A stretch of 64,000 nucleotides of DNA from Microthyrium microscopicum (taxonomy: Eukaryota): contig MU004234.1 of assembly GCA_010405405.1 (NCBI GenBank), positions 957,275 through 1,021,274 of the forward strand, given 5' to 3'. Below, one piece after another: positions 24,658 to 37,681 of this stretch. How positions within the stretch are numbered: position 1 is the stretch's first letter; each line of letters opens with the position of its first letter. The notes beneath the pieces were generated by a model, which saw only the letters and a program-made list of their open reading frames with translations, searched no databases and was not told where the DNA came from. A program made the position numbers and the translations under genes.

Positions 24658-25532
24658 TCACCACTCTCTGTCAATGTGCTCATGGGATGCAAATCGAGAT
24701 TGCTCGGTTCGAACAGCGTGATCAATCTAGGCATGATTAGGACAAAGCGCCTGAAGATGGGTGATGTCTTACCTCTGTCACAACGCCCTTGATACTGATT
24801 TCCAAAGGCACAGGAGGGGCTTCAAGTCCTGCGGCTCGAGCACCTGTAGCACCCATATCTGTTTGTGTCCATCTGTTAATGTTAGCGCAATTTGTTGGCA
24901 CGTATTCAGTCTTACTCACCCCGGACAAATTGGCATTGCAATCAGATTGGTATGTTCAATGTTGATGATCTTGGTAAGATAGTTAAGGGCAGCTTTCGAA
25001 GCTCCATAAGCAGCAGATGGCAAGCCATATTTAGGTGCTTCAACAAGGCTTCCCAAGGTAGACGAGATGACGATGAACTTTGGCTCCTTCGCTTTATTAA
25101 GCAACGGCCAGGCTGCTTGAAATAAAAGCATTGGCCCAATAGTATTGACATTGAAGTGCTGTTGTAGATCTTCAGCAGTCCTTGAAACGACTGGACCAAA
25201 TTCGCAATGGCCGGCATTGGCAATGACTACGTCAATATGATCGATAGAGTTTTCTTGGACGTCTTTGATTGCATGACTTGGATCGCTGGTCGAAAGACTA
25301 TCGACTTTCACGAGAATTACTCTGCTGTTCTCTCCAGTGGGCAATGTCAACAAGCTCTTCGATGTGTCTTTGCTAGGATCGCGGACGGCGCCGATAACAA
25401 TGGTATTGTCACGAGAGACATACTCAGTCACGAGCGCTCGGCCAATGCCTATAGCCATTAGCATGGATTCAAGCAAAAGTCAGGTATATTACCTCTGTTC
25501 GCTCCGCTGATTAAGTAGACTTTAGGAACCAT
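24658..25532 (-). CDS. Short-chain dehydrogenase/reductase (nor-1-like ketoreductase type), 4 exons
   Basis: YLISGANR/GIG, IANAG, ISSTLGS, YGASK (YxxxK), ICPG/WTQTDMG. Confidence 0.92.
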
Positions 25533-26701
25533 TGCTGCTCGTAAGAGTAGGTAGTTTCCTCAGCCAAACCCGTGCAGAACGGGATAAAACAAGTTTCAGT
25601 CTGAGATTGGTACAGTTGTTGAGCTCGATAAGTTGAAGGCATAACTTCGAAAAGAACTCTTTACGTTTTATACAATTGTGATATGGCTTAGCGTTTGATA
25701 CTTACCCGCTCCTCCATCGGTCTACACGCCTGGAACACTAAATCGGAGAAGAATGCATCCCTTTCGACCCGGTCGGTGTTATTTGGTATACCGCACCCAG
25801 CATGTGGTACAGTTAATCTTGCCAGGACGCGGATAGTCCATGGTACGTCTTACGAAGAATGTTCTTCTGGCAGCCGGGCGGCATAGAAGCGCTCCTAAGA
25901 GAGTTCTAAGGCTCGCATGACACCAAGTCGGAGACTACACTGCATCCGAGGGAAGAAAGGGTTCCTATGAATTTCTCCGCAGAAGGATCTTTGCAAATCG
26001 AGCAGCAACAAGGGGCTTTGGGCCTTGAGTCGCGAGTGCTCCACCTTAGTGCAAAAGACCTCTTGAGCTCGAATACGTTGCTGGAAATACGCTCTGAATA
26101 TCTCAGCGATGGCAATGCCATTGCTCGATACCGTGATGAGGAGGAGAAGATATGTCGCTACTCGCGACGGGAGGTCGGAAAACAAAACGACTCCGTTCCG
26201 CGCACGGACGTACAAATCAAGCGATATGTCAGCCGCCTCCGTAGCCGCCTGGCGATCTGGAGGTGGCGAATTTATCAATCGTGGCGTGCGCGGACAACTT
26301 CCATTCTTCGGATATTAATTTGCTGTGAGGTCGATTGCAAATACCCCGGAATTTACATGAATAGTTGATTGAGATCCAGCTAGCTGACATAGCATTCGTA
26401 AAGCCAGGTTTCATACGTTTCGAATCACTATCGCTTGCGCCACCTCCTGCGATATCTCCTCCACAATTATGAGAAGTTCGATTTTGGCAAAGCCCCGTTC
26501 CGAAGGCAGGTTGCCAATTTCATCATTTCTAAGCATGAAACACGAATTGACAATTTATGTGCTGAAAATGGATGGGAAAGCAGGTATATAAAAATGAGGA
26601 ACATTGTTGTTTTCACATAGCATCAACAGTAAACCATCATATCTCAATTTGAAAACACATACTACATATATAATCATTTCAATCTCAAAACCTTACGAAT
26701 C

Positions 26702-27514
26702 ATGTCTCTATCATCCCCAATCGCCCTCATCTTTGGGGCCGGCAAGAACACTGGAGCTGCCGTCGCTAATGCTTTCTTTGCCAAGGGATACAAAATAGCC
26801 ACAGTATCAAGGACTACTTCTACCGACTCAGCAGACAATGACAAAAGACTACACATTCAAAGCGACATGGCGGATCCAAAGAGCGTTTCTACAGTTTTCC
26901 AAACTGTTCGAAAGCACTTCGGAGAGCCCAGTGTTGTGGTATACAATGGTCTGTCCGAGCTTAGATTTTCAATGAATCTGCGTGATTTCAATGCTGACGG
27001 AAAACAGCTGCTGCGAATGCACACATGAATAAATCAGATCCATTACAAATACCACTAGATGTGGCAGCAAAAGAAATCAACATCAACGTACTCAGTGCCC
27101 TTGCGGCTGCCAAGGAAGCAGTTGTATCTTTTGAGTCATTGAAGAGCGGATCCAAATCATTCATCTATACTGGCAACATACTGAACCAGAAAGTGATACT
27201 ACCACTACTAAGTAATGGAATGGGAAAGAGTGCTGCCGCTCATTTGATGCATGCATCATCGGATGCGTACAAAGATCGTGGATATAGGTACAAGTTGCCA
27301 CCGAATATACTTTCCACAAATTCTAATCAAAAACAGATTCTACTATGCGGATGAGCGTACAGAAGCAGGCGAGCCTGTATATTCAGCCATCGACGGGAAG
27401 GCCCATGGCGCTTTTTATGTTGAGCTCTCTGAGAAAGGTGCTGGATCATGGTTGGCAACTTTTGTTAAAGGAAAAGGCTATGTGGACTTTTCTGCTCAGC
27501 GTTCAAGCATTTGA
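26702..27514 (+). CDS. Atypical fungal short-chain dehydrogenase/reductase, 3 exons
   Basis: LIFGAGKNTG, VVVYN/A, FIYTGN, GMGKSAAAH, RFYYADER; two short GT-AG introns. Confidence 0.88.
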
Positions 27515-27673
27515 GCGTACGTGGCATGACTTTGAACAACAAAATCTTGTTCCTCGGTCTAGTTTAGCAAAATATGAACCCGTCCAATCTCTGAAACAAT
27601 TATTCATCATTGTTAGGTTCCAATTGAATGTTTTATTCTTGACTAGCAGGTATATAGGCTAATTCATAGTGAA

Positions 27674-29942
27674 TTATATAGCCCAGTCATTGCCTATTGC
27701 TATCTCATTCTCAAAACCGGTGTCAAAAATCGTATCCAACGTCCAATTTTGGGTACTGGTATTGACGGGTTGATCAGATGGCTCTGTGTAAAGTTCATTC
27801 TGTGAATGCCCAAGTCAGTCTCTAGTTCGCAGCAAGCTTCTGTTGTGGAGCATGTGACTTACCAATGCTGTCAAGTCAGCCTCTGAGAGGGTCATCTGGT
27901 CGGAATATGCGGTGGTAGAAGGAAAGAATAAAGGCTGTTGTGAGGCTCTTGGTAGCCATGATGTGCTCCTCAATTGTTGGGTAGTTGGTGGTTGAGCTTG
28001 AATCAAAGCCGCTTGAGCTTTTTCTGCCAGCTCATTGCAAATATCTCGCATGCCTTCAAGATCTTCCGTACTTTGCTTCTCGGAGAGAGAGTTGAGTAGT
28101 CGAATTTGGGGTTTGACAAGATCCATATCTGTCAGAGCCAGCCGGTGGGTTGGCTGATGCAAAATCCTTGCAAGTAGGATCACCATTGCCGATACACAGT
28201 AGGAGAGCAACGTCCTACAACAATGTCAGTACAACGACGTTTTCTGAATGAGATGAAACTTACCAAGTGCACATCAGATCTCCCTGAGGGGCGATTGACA
28301 TCAATCGCATCGAAGCACGAGCACCAGCGACGCATCTGACGGCTGCGTAACACAGTTGATGATCGTATTCGCTGGTTCTGGTATTTGGTTCCCGCAAAAC
28401 CACTTTCATCCAGCTCTGGTTCTGGAATGGTACTCGGTTTACTGTTGCCATGCAATGGAAGTATTGAAGATGTAATGAAACAATGTGAGAACTGATGAGC
28501 GGAGACATGATTGTTAGTCCATCAACTCGAGCTCCTACCAAGAATCGATCTTTCCAGTCCTCCAGTAGGGAATTCAAGTTCTGGAGAGCCGGCATTCTTT
28601 CTTCTTCGGTCATTTTGAGAGCACGTACAGAGTAAAGCTCGGAGTACGCCTTGCTCTGAATGACGGCAAGATGAACGCGAAGGCGGAAATAGTTCACTGG
28701 AGAAGCTCCTCCAGCTCCATGAATCAAGCCTAAACCATCTCGTGGTTCTAGTTCAGGAAGATCCACATCCATGTCGTTGTCGTTGATGACTGGCGGTTGC
28801 TCATATCTCAGGCTGAAATCTTTGTCTAGGCAATAAGCTATCCAAAATGCTCTTTGGCGTTGATCAACTTGCTCAGCTGGCAGACCCTGATTGAACTGCC
28901 TTTTGTGAATTCCAAGCAGGTATGCTAGACGGATAGCTGAAGCAATTAAGACCGACGCTGGACGAGGATTTGACGATCCTCGTAGGAACATGCACATCAA
29001 AAGGAGAGCTTGTATAGTCTTCAGATTGGAGTTCTTCATGATCAAGTTCGGGAGAACATCAAAGGCATTTTGTGCGTACAAACAGGCCTTGTGATTAGAA
29101 TTGCTCCGGTTGGGATTTGATCTGATTGACAAAGCTAGTACCATATTCAAGATTGTCCACCAGTCTAGGTCTTCAGGTCGATCTTGGCTATAGTCTCGCT
29201 CAAAAGCTTCCAGAAGAATTACTGGTTGAAGTAGTGGGATCATGTTATTGCATCCCTCGAGATATTCCGTTACAAGTGGAAGAGCCACGTCTTTAGGTGG
29301 TAGACGTGTATACACATGATTGTGAGGAAATGGATCAGGGCCGCCCATAAGCGGATGAGAGACTTTGTTTACTTGATCATAATCAAAAGCTTCGAATGTT
29401 GGTATGCTAGCGGTTGACCTAAGTAGGGGATCCAAAATATCTGTGTTTAAAGTAGTGGAACTGGAAGCCGGTGTCAGACGACTCCGTCGATCTCCTCTAA
29501 CAGATGTATCTGAATGACTGGATTGAGGAGTTGATTTTGATGTTCTAACACTGGAGGAATGAAGTTCGGTGAGCATATTCTCCATTCTTCCCAGACGAGA
29601 CTCAAGCTCATCAATTCTTTTGCCACTATTCGTCGTCAGATACGGTAGACATCATGAATCACAACGCAAAGTTCCTCGAACCTTCTTCTGGGTGTTTTCC
29701 TGGGTTTGTCCACTCGTGTAAAAACGCATGGTACTTGATAATTGACGCAATTCAGACAAGGATTTGTGGCGGCATCACAACGGATTTTCTTCTTTCTGCA
29801 TGAATCGCAAGCCTTTCATAAAGTCAGTTGTATGTTACAGACATCAAAGATGTTATCTTACTCTAGAAGTTTTCTTTCTTTTTGGTGCATTCGTTTCGCC
29901 CTCGCTCGAATCTTCGGTATCACTTATGCGGACTTCCGACAT
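27674..29942 (-). CDS. Zn(II)2Cys6 transcription factor with fungal-specific middle domain, multi-exon
   Basis: Exon at ~29725-29812 encodes ACDSCRKKKIRCDAATNPCLNCVNYQVPC (absent from the ORF track). Middle domain AIRLAYLLGIHK...RQRAFWIAYCLDK. Acidic/aromatic tail WTLDTIFDTGFENEIAIGNDWAI*. Confidence 0.93.
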
Positions 29943-30119
29943 ATTGAAGCTGGTTAGAAGGTCCCTAGGTATTTGAAGTTTGAAGTTGGAAATAGAGTAT
30001 GTTCGTGTAGCAGAAAACAAAAGAAGCGGTTGTATCTTGCGACTAATGGTAGAACAAGCCACTTAAGAGCTTATTATGCAGGTTCCAGTTATTGTATGCT
30101 TACAGCGGGGTAGGAGATA

Positions 30120-30452
30120 CCGTAAGAATCCGGTGAATTGAGCACGATGAAAATGGGCGTTTTTTGGCGTCCCTATGGCGTTTTTCTATACTTCATATTA
30201 TCTTTGATTTTCTTCCCCATTTCCCTAAAAAATTGCTTTAAGTTCGTGGAATAAGATACTTATAATAAGTTCATTAACCTAGCCAAAAATCTAGCTCAAA
30301 ATTGGTTATAATCTTGCTATTTTCAATTGTTCAAAGATTGACTAGGAAAATTGGGCTTAGAAACCCTGTAATTTTCGACGCCCCTTATAACGGCACTCTC
30401 CTTCACGGCACTTCATTGGCTTCATCGTGCTCAATTCACCGGATTCCTACGG
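30120..30452. mobile_element. MITE (non-autonomous, Tc1/mariner superfamily type), 333 bp
   Basis: 32-bp TIRs CCGTA(A/G)GAATCCGGTGAATTGAGCACGATGAA at 30120-30151 and 30421-30452 (1 mismatch); TA on both sides (30118-19, 30453-54); no ORF. Confidence 0.9.
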
Positions 30453-30974
30453 TAATGAACTGAGTATTTCTAATGACATAGCGATTGGCGTTGAAAGAAC
30501 GACAGTGCTCGGCTTATTATGGTCGTTGATTTGTAATACACCTTGCACAGTCCCATCAACCCCTAGGAAGCCATACATCGTCTATTTGCGACTGAAATGT
30601 TGACTCAGCCTTGTATTTTTATTCTATCTTCAACTCAGCATTTCTTATAAAGCTTTGGGTAGGTTTGTGTTCCCGCATCAACCTGAATCGCACCGATTCG
30701 TGTGGACTGGACCTAAAGGTAGGCTGGTAGCAAATTAAGCTACATCTGACATAATATACGTATGAGCAAGTCCCGGTATCTGCTGTCATCTTCTCATTAT
30801 AACAATTGATTAGAAACGTTCGAACCATCTGAAGGTGGATATCAGCTTAAACATACAAAAAGTACAGTAGGTGGAAGCGACTGTCTTCCTCTTTTCTCAG
30901 GTTTCTTCTATTGAACATGATATATTGTTTTACAACTAGAGTGGATCTTCAACCTTTGATCAAACTGCCTAATT

Positions 30975-32141
30975 TCACACCAGTATCCCTCCGTCTTCTG
31001 TCAGCTGCAAGTCTTCTACATGCAACGAATTGCCAAAGTCACCAACGACTTGACATATAATACTAGTGGAGTGCTTTCCAATCGTCAAAACTATCGTAAC
31101 ACGAGGCGTGCGACGCTCAAAAGTCGTAGTGGTGAACTCCCAAGACATTTGAACATTGTCAAACAATCCCGAGCGGCGCATCTTGTCAGCCAAAAAGTTC
31201 ATCTTCTGCCGGTGAAGGTTGAAGTTATCTGGCAGATGCCTGGCCTCCACGAGCTCAGCTGGAGCAATACCTCGTTCGAACGTAGCCCGCCTTGCTGCCG
31301 GATTATTGGCGAATATGTCATCCCAGTATTTGATCACCTCCTCCGGCTGAAACCAGTTCGCATAATCGCTATTCGGCATATCAGCTTCATACTCTCCTGA
31401 GTTTTGAACTATGCACGTCAAACTTTTCAGCGGCGGTGATCTAGCTTGATATACGCTCAGGTTTCGTAAAGCTGGTGTTGTGCTTAACGCTTGGGCGTGT
31501 AAGCCACTCAACATCTGCTCGATGCTCCATGGTAGCCGAGTTTGGAGAGTAAGCAAGCTCGGAAACGTACGCAAGAGCATATTCGGATCTCTACCTCGTC
31601 TGCTTATCCAGTTATCCTCAATGTGACGGATAATACTAATATGATAGGGATCTACGCGCCGTCCACGAAGGTTAAAGAAGCCGAAATATCGATTGACTGT
31701 CTCTCCGAATGAAAACCTATTCTTTGTGTAAAAGATATATTTACTCTCTTCGGCCAGTTGGCGGTTTGCGTGGAAAATTCCCGGCCATTCGAAGGCGCCA
31801 ACATCGGCTAGATTACGTCCATATCCAAGCACTGGTAGACCTACTTCAATTATTACATATCTGCCATCTGAATCATGCTGGGGTGAACAGAGGGTTAGCC
31901 AGGCAACGGAATCGGGCCATTGAACAACAAGGTATTCGTAGATACGATTTCGAATTTCTGATGGTAATTCGAAGAATCTCTCGAAACGGTCACGTCTCCT
32001 GCCTTGTTCACGTCTTGAGTCTCTGTCCTCTGATCGGGTACGTATAGCGCCGGTGTCTCGTCGTCGCGGCGAGCGTGAACGAGAGCGTGCCGGTGATCTA
32101 GAAGGACCAGTACGACGACGGGGTGCGTCAGGCGGGTCCAT
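30975..32141 (-). CDS. F-box-like (LPxEIRNxIY) fungal protein with Arg/Ser-rich N-terminus
   Basis: 388-codon ORF; FFELPSEIRNRIYEYLV...ANRQLAEESKYIFYTKNRFSF. Confidence 0.75.
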   Translation of the reverse strand: MDPPDAPRRRTGPSRSPARSRSRSPRRRDTGAIRTRSEDRDSRREQGRRRDRFERFFELPSEIRNRIYEYLVVQWPDSVAWLTLCSPQHDSDGRYVIIEVGLPVLGYGRNLADVGAFEWPGIFHANRQLAEESKYIFYTKNRFSFGETVNRYFGFFNLRGRRVDPYHISIIRHIEDNWISRRGRDPNMLLRTFPSLLTLQTRLPWSIEQMLSGLHAQALSTTPALRNLSVYQARSPPLKSLTCIVQNSGEYEADMPNSDYANWFQPEEVIKYWDDIFANNPAARRATFERGIAPAELVEARHLPDNFNLHRQKMNFLADKMRRSGLFDNVQMSWEFTTTTFERRTPRVTIVLTIGKHSTSIICQVVGDFGNSLHVEDLQLTEDGGILV

Positions 32142-33286
32142 GATGTACAATTAGTGATAGATCCCGGACACTGCTTACTTTGACCGAAATAGATATGCTT
32201 GAAATATCAAATCTTTCTTTCTAGAAAAGTGCTCAGTCTTTAGTAATGAACTGACTAAGGGAGTTGGCCTAAATTGTATTGTCCAAAAAGCTAACAAGGA
32301 GCAATCACTGTCCTTAATCACCGTAGGTTGAGAAGAAAACTTTCGAAAGAAATCCCCAAATACTTCTTGGTCGACTTGTTCACACCTATTTCCTTGTTCA
32401 CGTATCCGGCGATTCCATCTTTTGATTCTTTGTTCTGGTCATATCAGATCTCGAAGAACCGCAGATAGCACGGCCAGTATCACTGCTCAAAAACTCTTTG
32501 TGCGATACATACTATTTCAAAAGAAAAGGGTAGCATAGAACCATAACAGTGAGAGAGGCCTTTAGTTAGACAAGCAAGTATCTCGATACTGGTTGCATTG
32601 TAATCACTGAAGTCCCATTTTGGATGCGAATGCTTAATGGTCATCCCGCTTCAGATGGAATTCGGAGTCTGCAAGTTCTTTGTATATTTAGCAGTGTACC
32701 TATAAGTTCAGCATTTCAAAAAGTGTCTAAGCGATAATAGCAGATAGTTAAATCCTACTAGCATCTGATGTTCGTATAAGTACCAACTGGACTCCATTGA
32801 CCTAAATCCTTCGGGAAGGAACGTCCTTTTCCCTCTGAGCTACTAACATGTATGACTTTGACTTCCAGAATCTTCAGCAATCTAAAGATTTCGCGAGCCT
32901 ACTACCAATACACTGGATCCACCCTTGTCCAATTGGGATGAAGAAGCCTAAAGGGCTCAGTTGCTCTATCCGACCCCGCAACGATCCACAGCAATGAAAT
33001 AACTCTACAACTTTTCGTTCATCAATTGAGTACTCTTTGATGTGAGAGTTTGTTCAAGATCTCTAGACTGGACCTCAAGGAGAAGATCGGGGTTAGAAAA
33101 GGCCACTGTACGTCATCGCTAGCTATCGTGAGTGACAAGTGTCCTGGTGAGTGCGAATCAGCCTGTTCGCCACCTCCCCCATTGATACGCGAGTCCTGAC
33201 ATTCATTCAATAGTTCAATCATCTTTGACGAGACAATCTCTGGAGAATCGCAGCAGTCAGCTCCACGATTGAAAGCCACGTGAAGA

Positions 33287-33667
33287 ATGGGTCGAACACT
33301 TCAAGATCTGCCACCAGAGCTAAAGTTAGAGCTCATCGACCATTTGGACCTGGATTCAAAGATATGCCTCCGCCTCTGCTCATCATTCTTCTTCCACATG
33401 ATACCCCCAGCAACAAATGAGGACCTGATCGCACAAATACCCGACGCAACCTTGGGAGGACTGAACTATCTGCACTGTGTACGATGCAAGCGGTTCAGAT
33501 CATGGAAGCGATTCAATGTCTTGATCAAACTTCGGCATGCGAAAACGACGAGCAGACGACTGAGACTGGATGCTGATGACAATGATGGTCTTGCCATCTC
33601 TAGATTCTTGCTTGTGAAGAGAACAAGACGAATTGCAAAGTGCAAGGATTGCGTACAGGTCATGTAA
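33287..33667 (+). CDS. Small F-box protein with CxxC pairs; 3' end uncertain
   Basis: LQDLPPELKLELIDHLDLDSKICLRLCSSFF; CVRC and CKDC. A GTAAGT overlaps the stop, so a further exon is possible. Confidence 0.7.
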   Translation: MGRTLQDLPPELKLELIDHLDLDSKICLRLCSSFFFHMIPPATNEDLIAQIPDATLGGLNYLHCVRCKRFRSWKRFNVLIKLRHAKTTSRRLRLDADDNDGLAISRFLLVKRTRRIAKCKDCVQVM

Positions 33668-34516
33668 GTATTGATGGAGTGCCCGTCAGGGGGTTTGAGA
33701 GCTTGTTTCGGGTGGCAGGATGTTGAGCATCTATGCGTCGTTTTCTTGCAATTGTACTCTACATGTATCTCAACGGCAATCGATTTCTGAGGGTTACATA
33801 TAGCAGATAATAAGCCATACACGACATTCTCGAGCAACAGGAAGTATCAACCTGTCAAAGTACTGTTCATATCATGATCAACAAAATTTGTCGAAACAAT
33901 TGAGATCGGAAATTAGTATTGAATCAAGCCAACTCATCTGAGGCTTGCTGGTAGACTATGATTTGTATCGTGACTTTTGCTGCCATCTGCGATCAGGTTG
34001 CTGGAGTATGGTGTAGAGAATCAGAGGAGCGTAAAGATTCATATATCGCATGTATTGATGATTGCGCTGATGAGATGGACAAAATATTATTGCATACATA
34101 TTTGAGACGCGAGAGAGAGAGAGTGGAGTGAGGAAACAAAAGGCCCTAAAAGTTGGAGGCCTTGGCCAACCACCAACCACTTTCCCCTGAATACAGTGAA
34201 TAGCCAATTATCTCCAATCCATTTGCTTGGAACAAAAAACGCTTGCCTCTCATCTCTTTGCTGTCATCTTGATCTGTGCTTCTATCCGAAGAGGTGTCAG
34301 GGGCTTATCCGTAACCCACAATCCTTCCACCCGCTGCCCCAAGCATTGACTCTGCAGCATCACAACCGCCATCGTACCATCAAGATATCCCTCACCATCT
34401 GTCTCCACCTGCGGAAGCACATATTTATTCAATAGATTCTCACCCTTCTTTCCCTCGATCCTCTTAATCACTTTCCTCTCGTCCCACCCAAAAATCGTTC
34501 CCTCAACCTCCGAACC

Positions 34517-34894
34517 ATGAATCCGCCGGCTCGCCGCCTACAAGTCCGCAAATCCGACGACCTCTCCGCCGAACCAGCAGACAATGATCCAGTCGGGCGG
34601 TTACTCGCAGCCGGAGCAGCTGTTATATGTTGTTATCTTCTCTACAGGTTGGCAAAGGGCTTCTGGAGGAATTATAACCGTCCTGGTCGATCGCGATCAA
34701 GTCGAAGAAAGTTTTACGGGCGAAAAGATGTACGATATTCGGTTCTAGAAGGGAATGAGGAATCATTTGAAGATGAGGATGAGGGATATCATGATTCGGA
34801 AGATGGCAGCTTGCCTCCATTGCCAAAAGTCAATCTCAATCGACCGCTACCCGACAAGCCACTACCACCTCTTCCCCAACGAGAAGGAACCTGA
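34517..34894 (+). CDS. Small single-pass membrane protein with Pro-rich tail
   Basis: ATG after a CT-rich leader; hydrophobic LLAAGAAVICCYLLY, then basic and acidic patches, then LPPLP...RPLPDKPLPPLP. Confidence 0.7.
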   Translation: MNPPARRLQVRKSDDLSAEPADNDPVGRLLAAGAAVICCYLLYRLAKGFWRNYNRPGRSRSSRRKFYGRKDVRYSVLEGNEESFEDEDEGYHDSEDGSLPPLPKVNLNRPLPDKPLPPLPQREGT

Positions 34895-35630
34895 AACCTT
34901 CAGCAGAAAAGAGCTTCGAGTTAAACACACTAAAAATCATGGAACCGACGAAGAACAGACCGTTCAGAGGCAACACAAGGTCTATCTAGGCATGGTGTCG
35001 GAAGCGGGCCCAGCCACCACCAGGTCTTAGAAACAAGCACCAGCAATGTTTTCGGCCATCTGGCTTCATATCCATGGCTTGCTGGCGAACCATCAGCATG
35101 TCAAACATTTGACAAAGCTCCGCAAGGACAAGGGGCAATATCTCTCACCGACCAAAATCTAGTTGTAAATTCACATACGATATATGGATCTCCAACATTT
35201 ATTGTCAGGATCTCTTGCAACACAAACGCTGCGAATCACGGACAACACTAAACCTACATATTCATCATCGGATACTGAAATGGCCAGGAAAATGTAAATA
35301 CATTGTGGAGGTTAGAAGAGGGTCCCGTAAAGAGCCGTTGGGAGGATATAGTTGACGCACTTATCCGGCCAACTGTTCTCCATTTCACTGAAAATCGTTT
35401 GTCACCGTTCTTTCAGCTTATCTGCACTGTCCCGAGACATGTTGATGATATCAACCAATGGAAGTAGAAGGAGGAGGAACTCTAGGCCCAAGCCCAAGAG
35501 ATCCAAACAGAGTCTTGTTCGTTCAGCCGCAAGAGCTGTTTTTTGTCTGCACATAACGCACAGCTTAAATACAAACTGGTGCACAATGTCCTCTCAATTC
35601 TGTCCCCATATCTCTTGTTCTTCTCATCGA

Positions 35631-37280
35631 ATGTCATTTGCCAATCAGCTCGAATCGCATATCGACAACTTCAATCAACCAAACTGGTACCTTTGTGAAG
35701 ATTTGTCTAACGTGGACCTGAGTGCGTTCTTTGCATTTGAAAATATGAATGCTCTTGGAGTGCATGAAGACATCAAGTTTGAAAGTGGTGACCATGAGGA
35801 GGATACCTTCTTCGCTACAGGCGGTGGGTTCGATCAAAGCTTGTTCGACCCGCTGAATTCCACGGATGACATGTCTAGTGGCTTTGGTGATAATTCTCTT
35901 GGTCTTTTTGGACACCACCATGATTCCATATTCGATGGGAGTTTGAAAAGTTCTACCGTGGAAGCGCCAACTACTCTCATTGAACCATCTTCACCGAAAG
36001 GAGAGAGCTCCGGCGACAGATCACCAACGAGTCTTGCTCCCAGTACTGAGCTCTTCGGCGATTCCAAAGACCCCCTTTCAGCTTCATCGGCCACTTCATC
36101 GTCAACATCCCGTTCAACGGAGACATCAAGGAACGAGGCCACAACAGCTCCCAACGCCTCTCCACCACTCACTTCAGGCATGATCGCAAACGACCATTCC
36201 TTCCCCTCAGCATACAGCCAATCTTCAAATTCTCGTCTTCACCAATACAGCAACTCCCAGCCCAACTTCCACCAACCTCTACTCGCCTCCGACCACATGG
36301 ACATCGACCAGCACACCTTCACCGATCCCTTCAACCTCCAGTCCTCCAGCAGCAGCGACTTTGATTTCTCAAGCATGCTCGTAACCTCTCCTCAAGCAAC
36401 CCCCGAAGACCGCGACGACGACCGCAGCATGATGCCTCCCCCACCAGCACCACTTTCATCAACCTCACTCCCACACACGCCGATACCTTCAACACCACTT
36501 CAAATAGTCACTCCCCAACCCACTCGTCCCCCATCCAATGTCCTCCGTACAACATCCCCTTTCATCCCACGCCGCCGGTCCGTTTCCATGCCTCCAGAAG
36601 CATCCTCTTCCTTCACCCGCCGTCTCAACGGCACCGGCGACTTACGCCCGCTCGGCCAACCCCGCAACCGGCCAAGCCAGAATTCCGCACCGGCGAGCAT
36701 GCGTGCCCATCCGTACGAAAGTGCAAGACGCCAGCGATTTCAAACGCCTCCAACGCAGTCACGCACAGTACCGCGTCGGGCGCCAACGAGCCCGCAAGAT
36801 GGAAGCAGGCCGTTTGCTGATGGAAGTGGTGCGGGCTACACAGACGCATATAGCGTGCGACGAAGTGGTGTAAAGGGCAGGGGAGTTCCATCGAATGGTC
36901 TGCCGGGTGTGATGGCACCGAAGAGTAATGTGGCGAGACATGTGCATAAGTTGATGGAGAAGATTCTGCATTCAGCACATGATTTGGAAGTGCTAAGGCG
37001 GGAGGCGGTTGTGTTGGAAGTAGAGCCTGAGTTGCGAGCGTATGTCAACGCCTCTTCTCCCAATCTCTTGCACTTTGTGTTTGTCTGACGAGTGAACTCT
37101 AGGCAACGGGGACCGATTCGTATGGCAAATTTCACGGTTTCAAGTATTGATCAGCCATTACAGCTGATTGAACCGGTGGCGGCGTGCAACATCCAGTTAC
37201 CGCAGAATGGGCTCATGATTAATAAGTTGACTCGTAAGTACATTGTGTTGAGAGTTTTCGTGGAGAAGAGGATTGGTTAA
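35631..37280 (+). CDS. Ser/Pro-rich, largely disordered hypothetical protein; start uncertain
   Basis: Long ORF with acidic N-half and Pro/Arg-rich C-half; intron 37040-37102 (GTATGT..CTGAC..TAG) joins the last exon in frame. Confidence 0.7.
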
Positions 37281-37681
37281 CAATGGCGTAGGAAATGGAG
37301 TGGATGAGCTGTTGAGGGTGTATGATCTGCCCGTGCCAAAAGAATTGTTTCTGCATGAGAAGAAGATCATTTATATGAACTTTATTGGTCTGAGTCCGGC
37401 GATGATGCATTTGATATTGGACAATTTCTATCAGATGTAGTTGGCTTACTAGATTTTGACTGAAAGAAAGAACTGGGGGACGGGATTTTTAGACCGAGAA
37501 TGATGATTGTGACGACTGGAAGATGACTGGAGAGAGAACTGTAGAGTTCTGTAGATGGTTAGATATCAAAACGGTCATGTCTTGTAGAGTTCTTAATCTG
37601 AGGAATATACATATGATGATAATGATGATGATGATGGCAATAGCTTCATTACGTTCATTACATAGATTATAGCCGAAGATT

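Noticed and set aside
25575..25660. TPP-riboswitch-like string CTGAGA...GAT-AAGTT/AACTT-CGAAAAG
   Set aside because: No P2 pairing, wrong L5 loop, antisense to the adjacent SDR leader, and no thiamine gene nearby.
25895..26414. Overlapping 60-133 aa ORFs between the two SDRs
   Set aside because: No recognisable motifs or splice structure; treated as promoter DNA.
37613..37636. ATGATGA runs as a snoRNA C box
   Set aside because: A (GAT)n microsatellite in the ENP1 3' region with no matching D box or stem.
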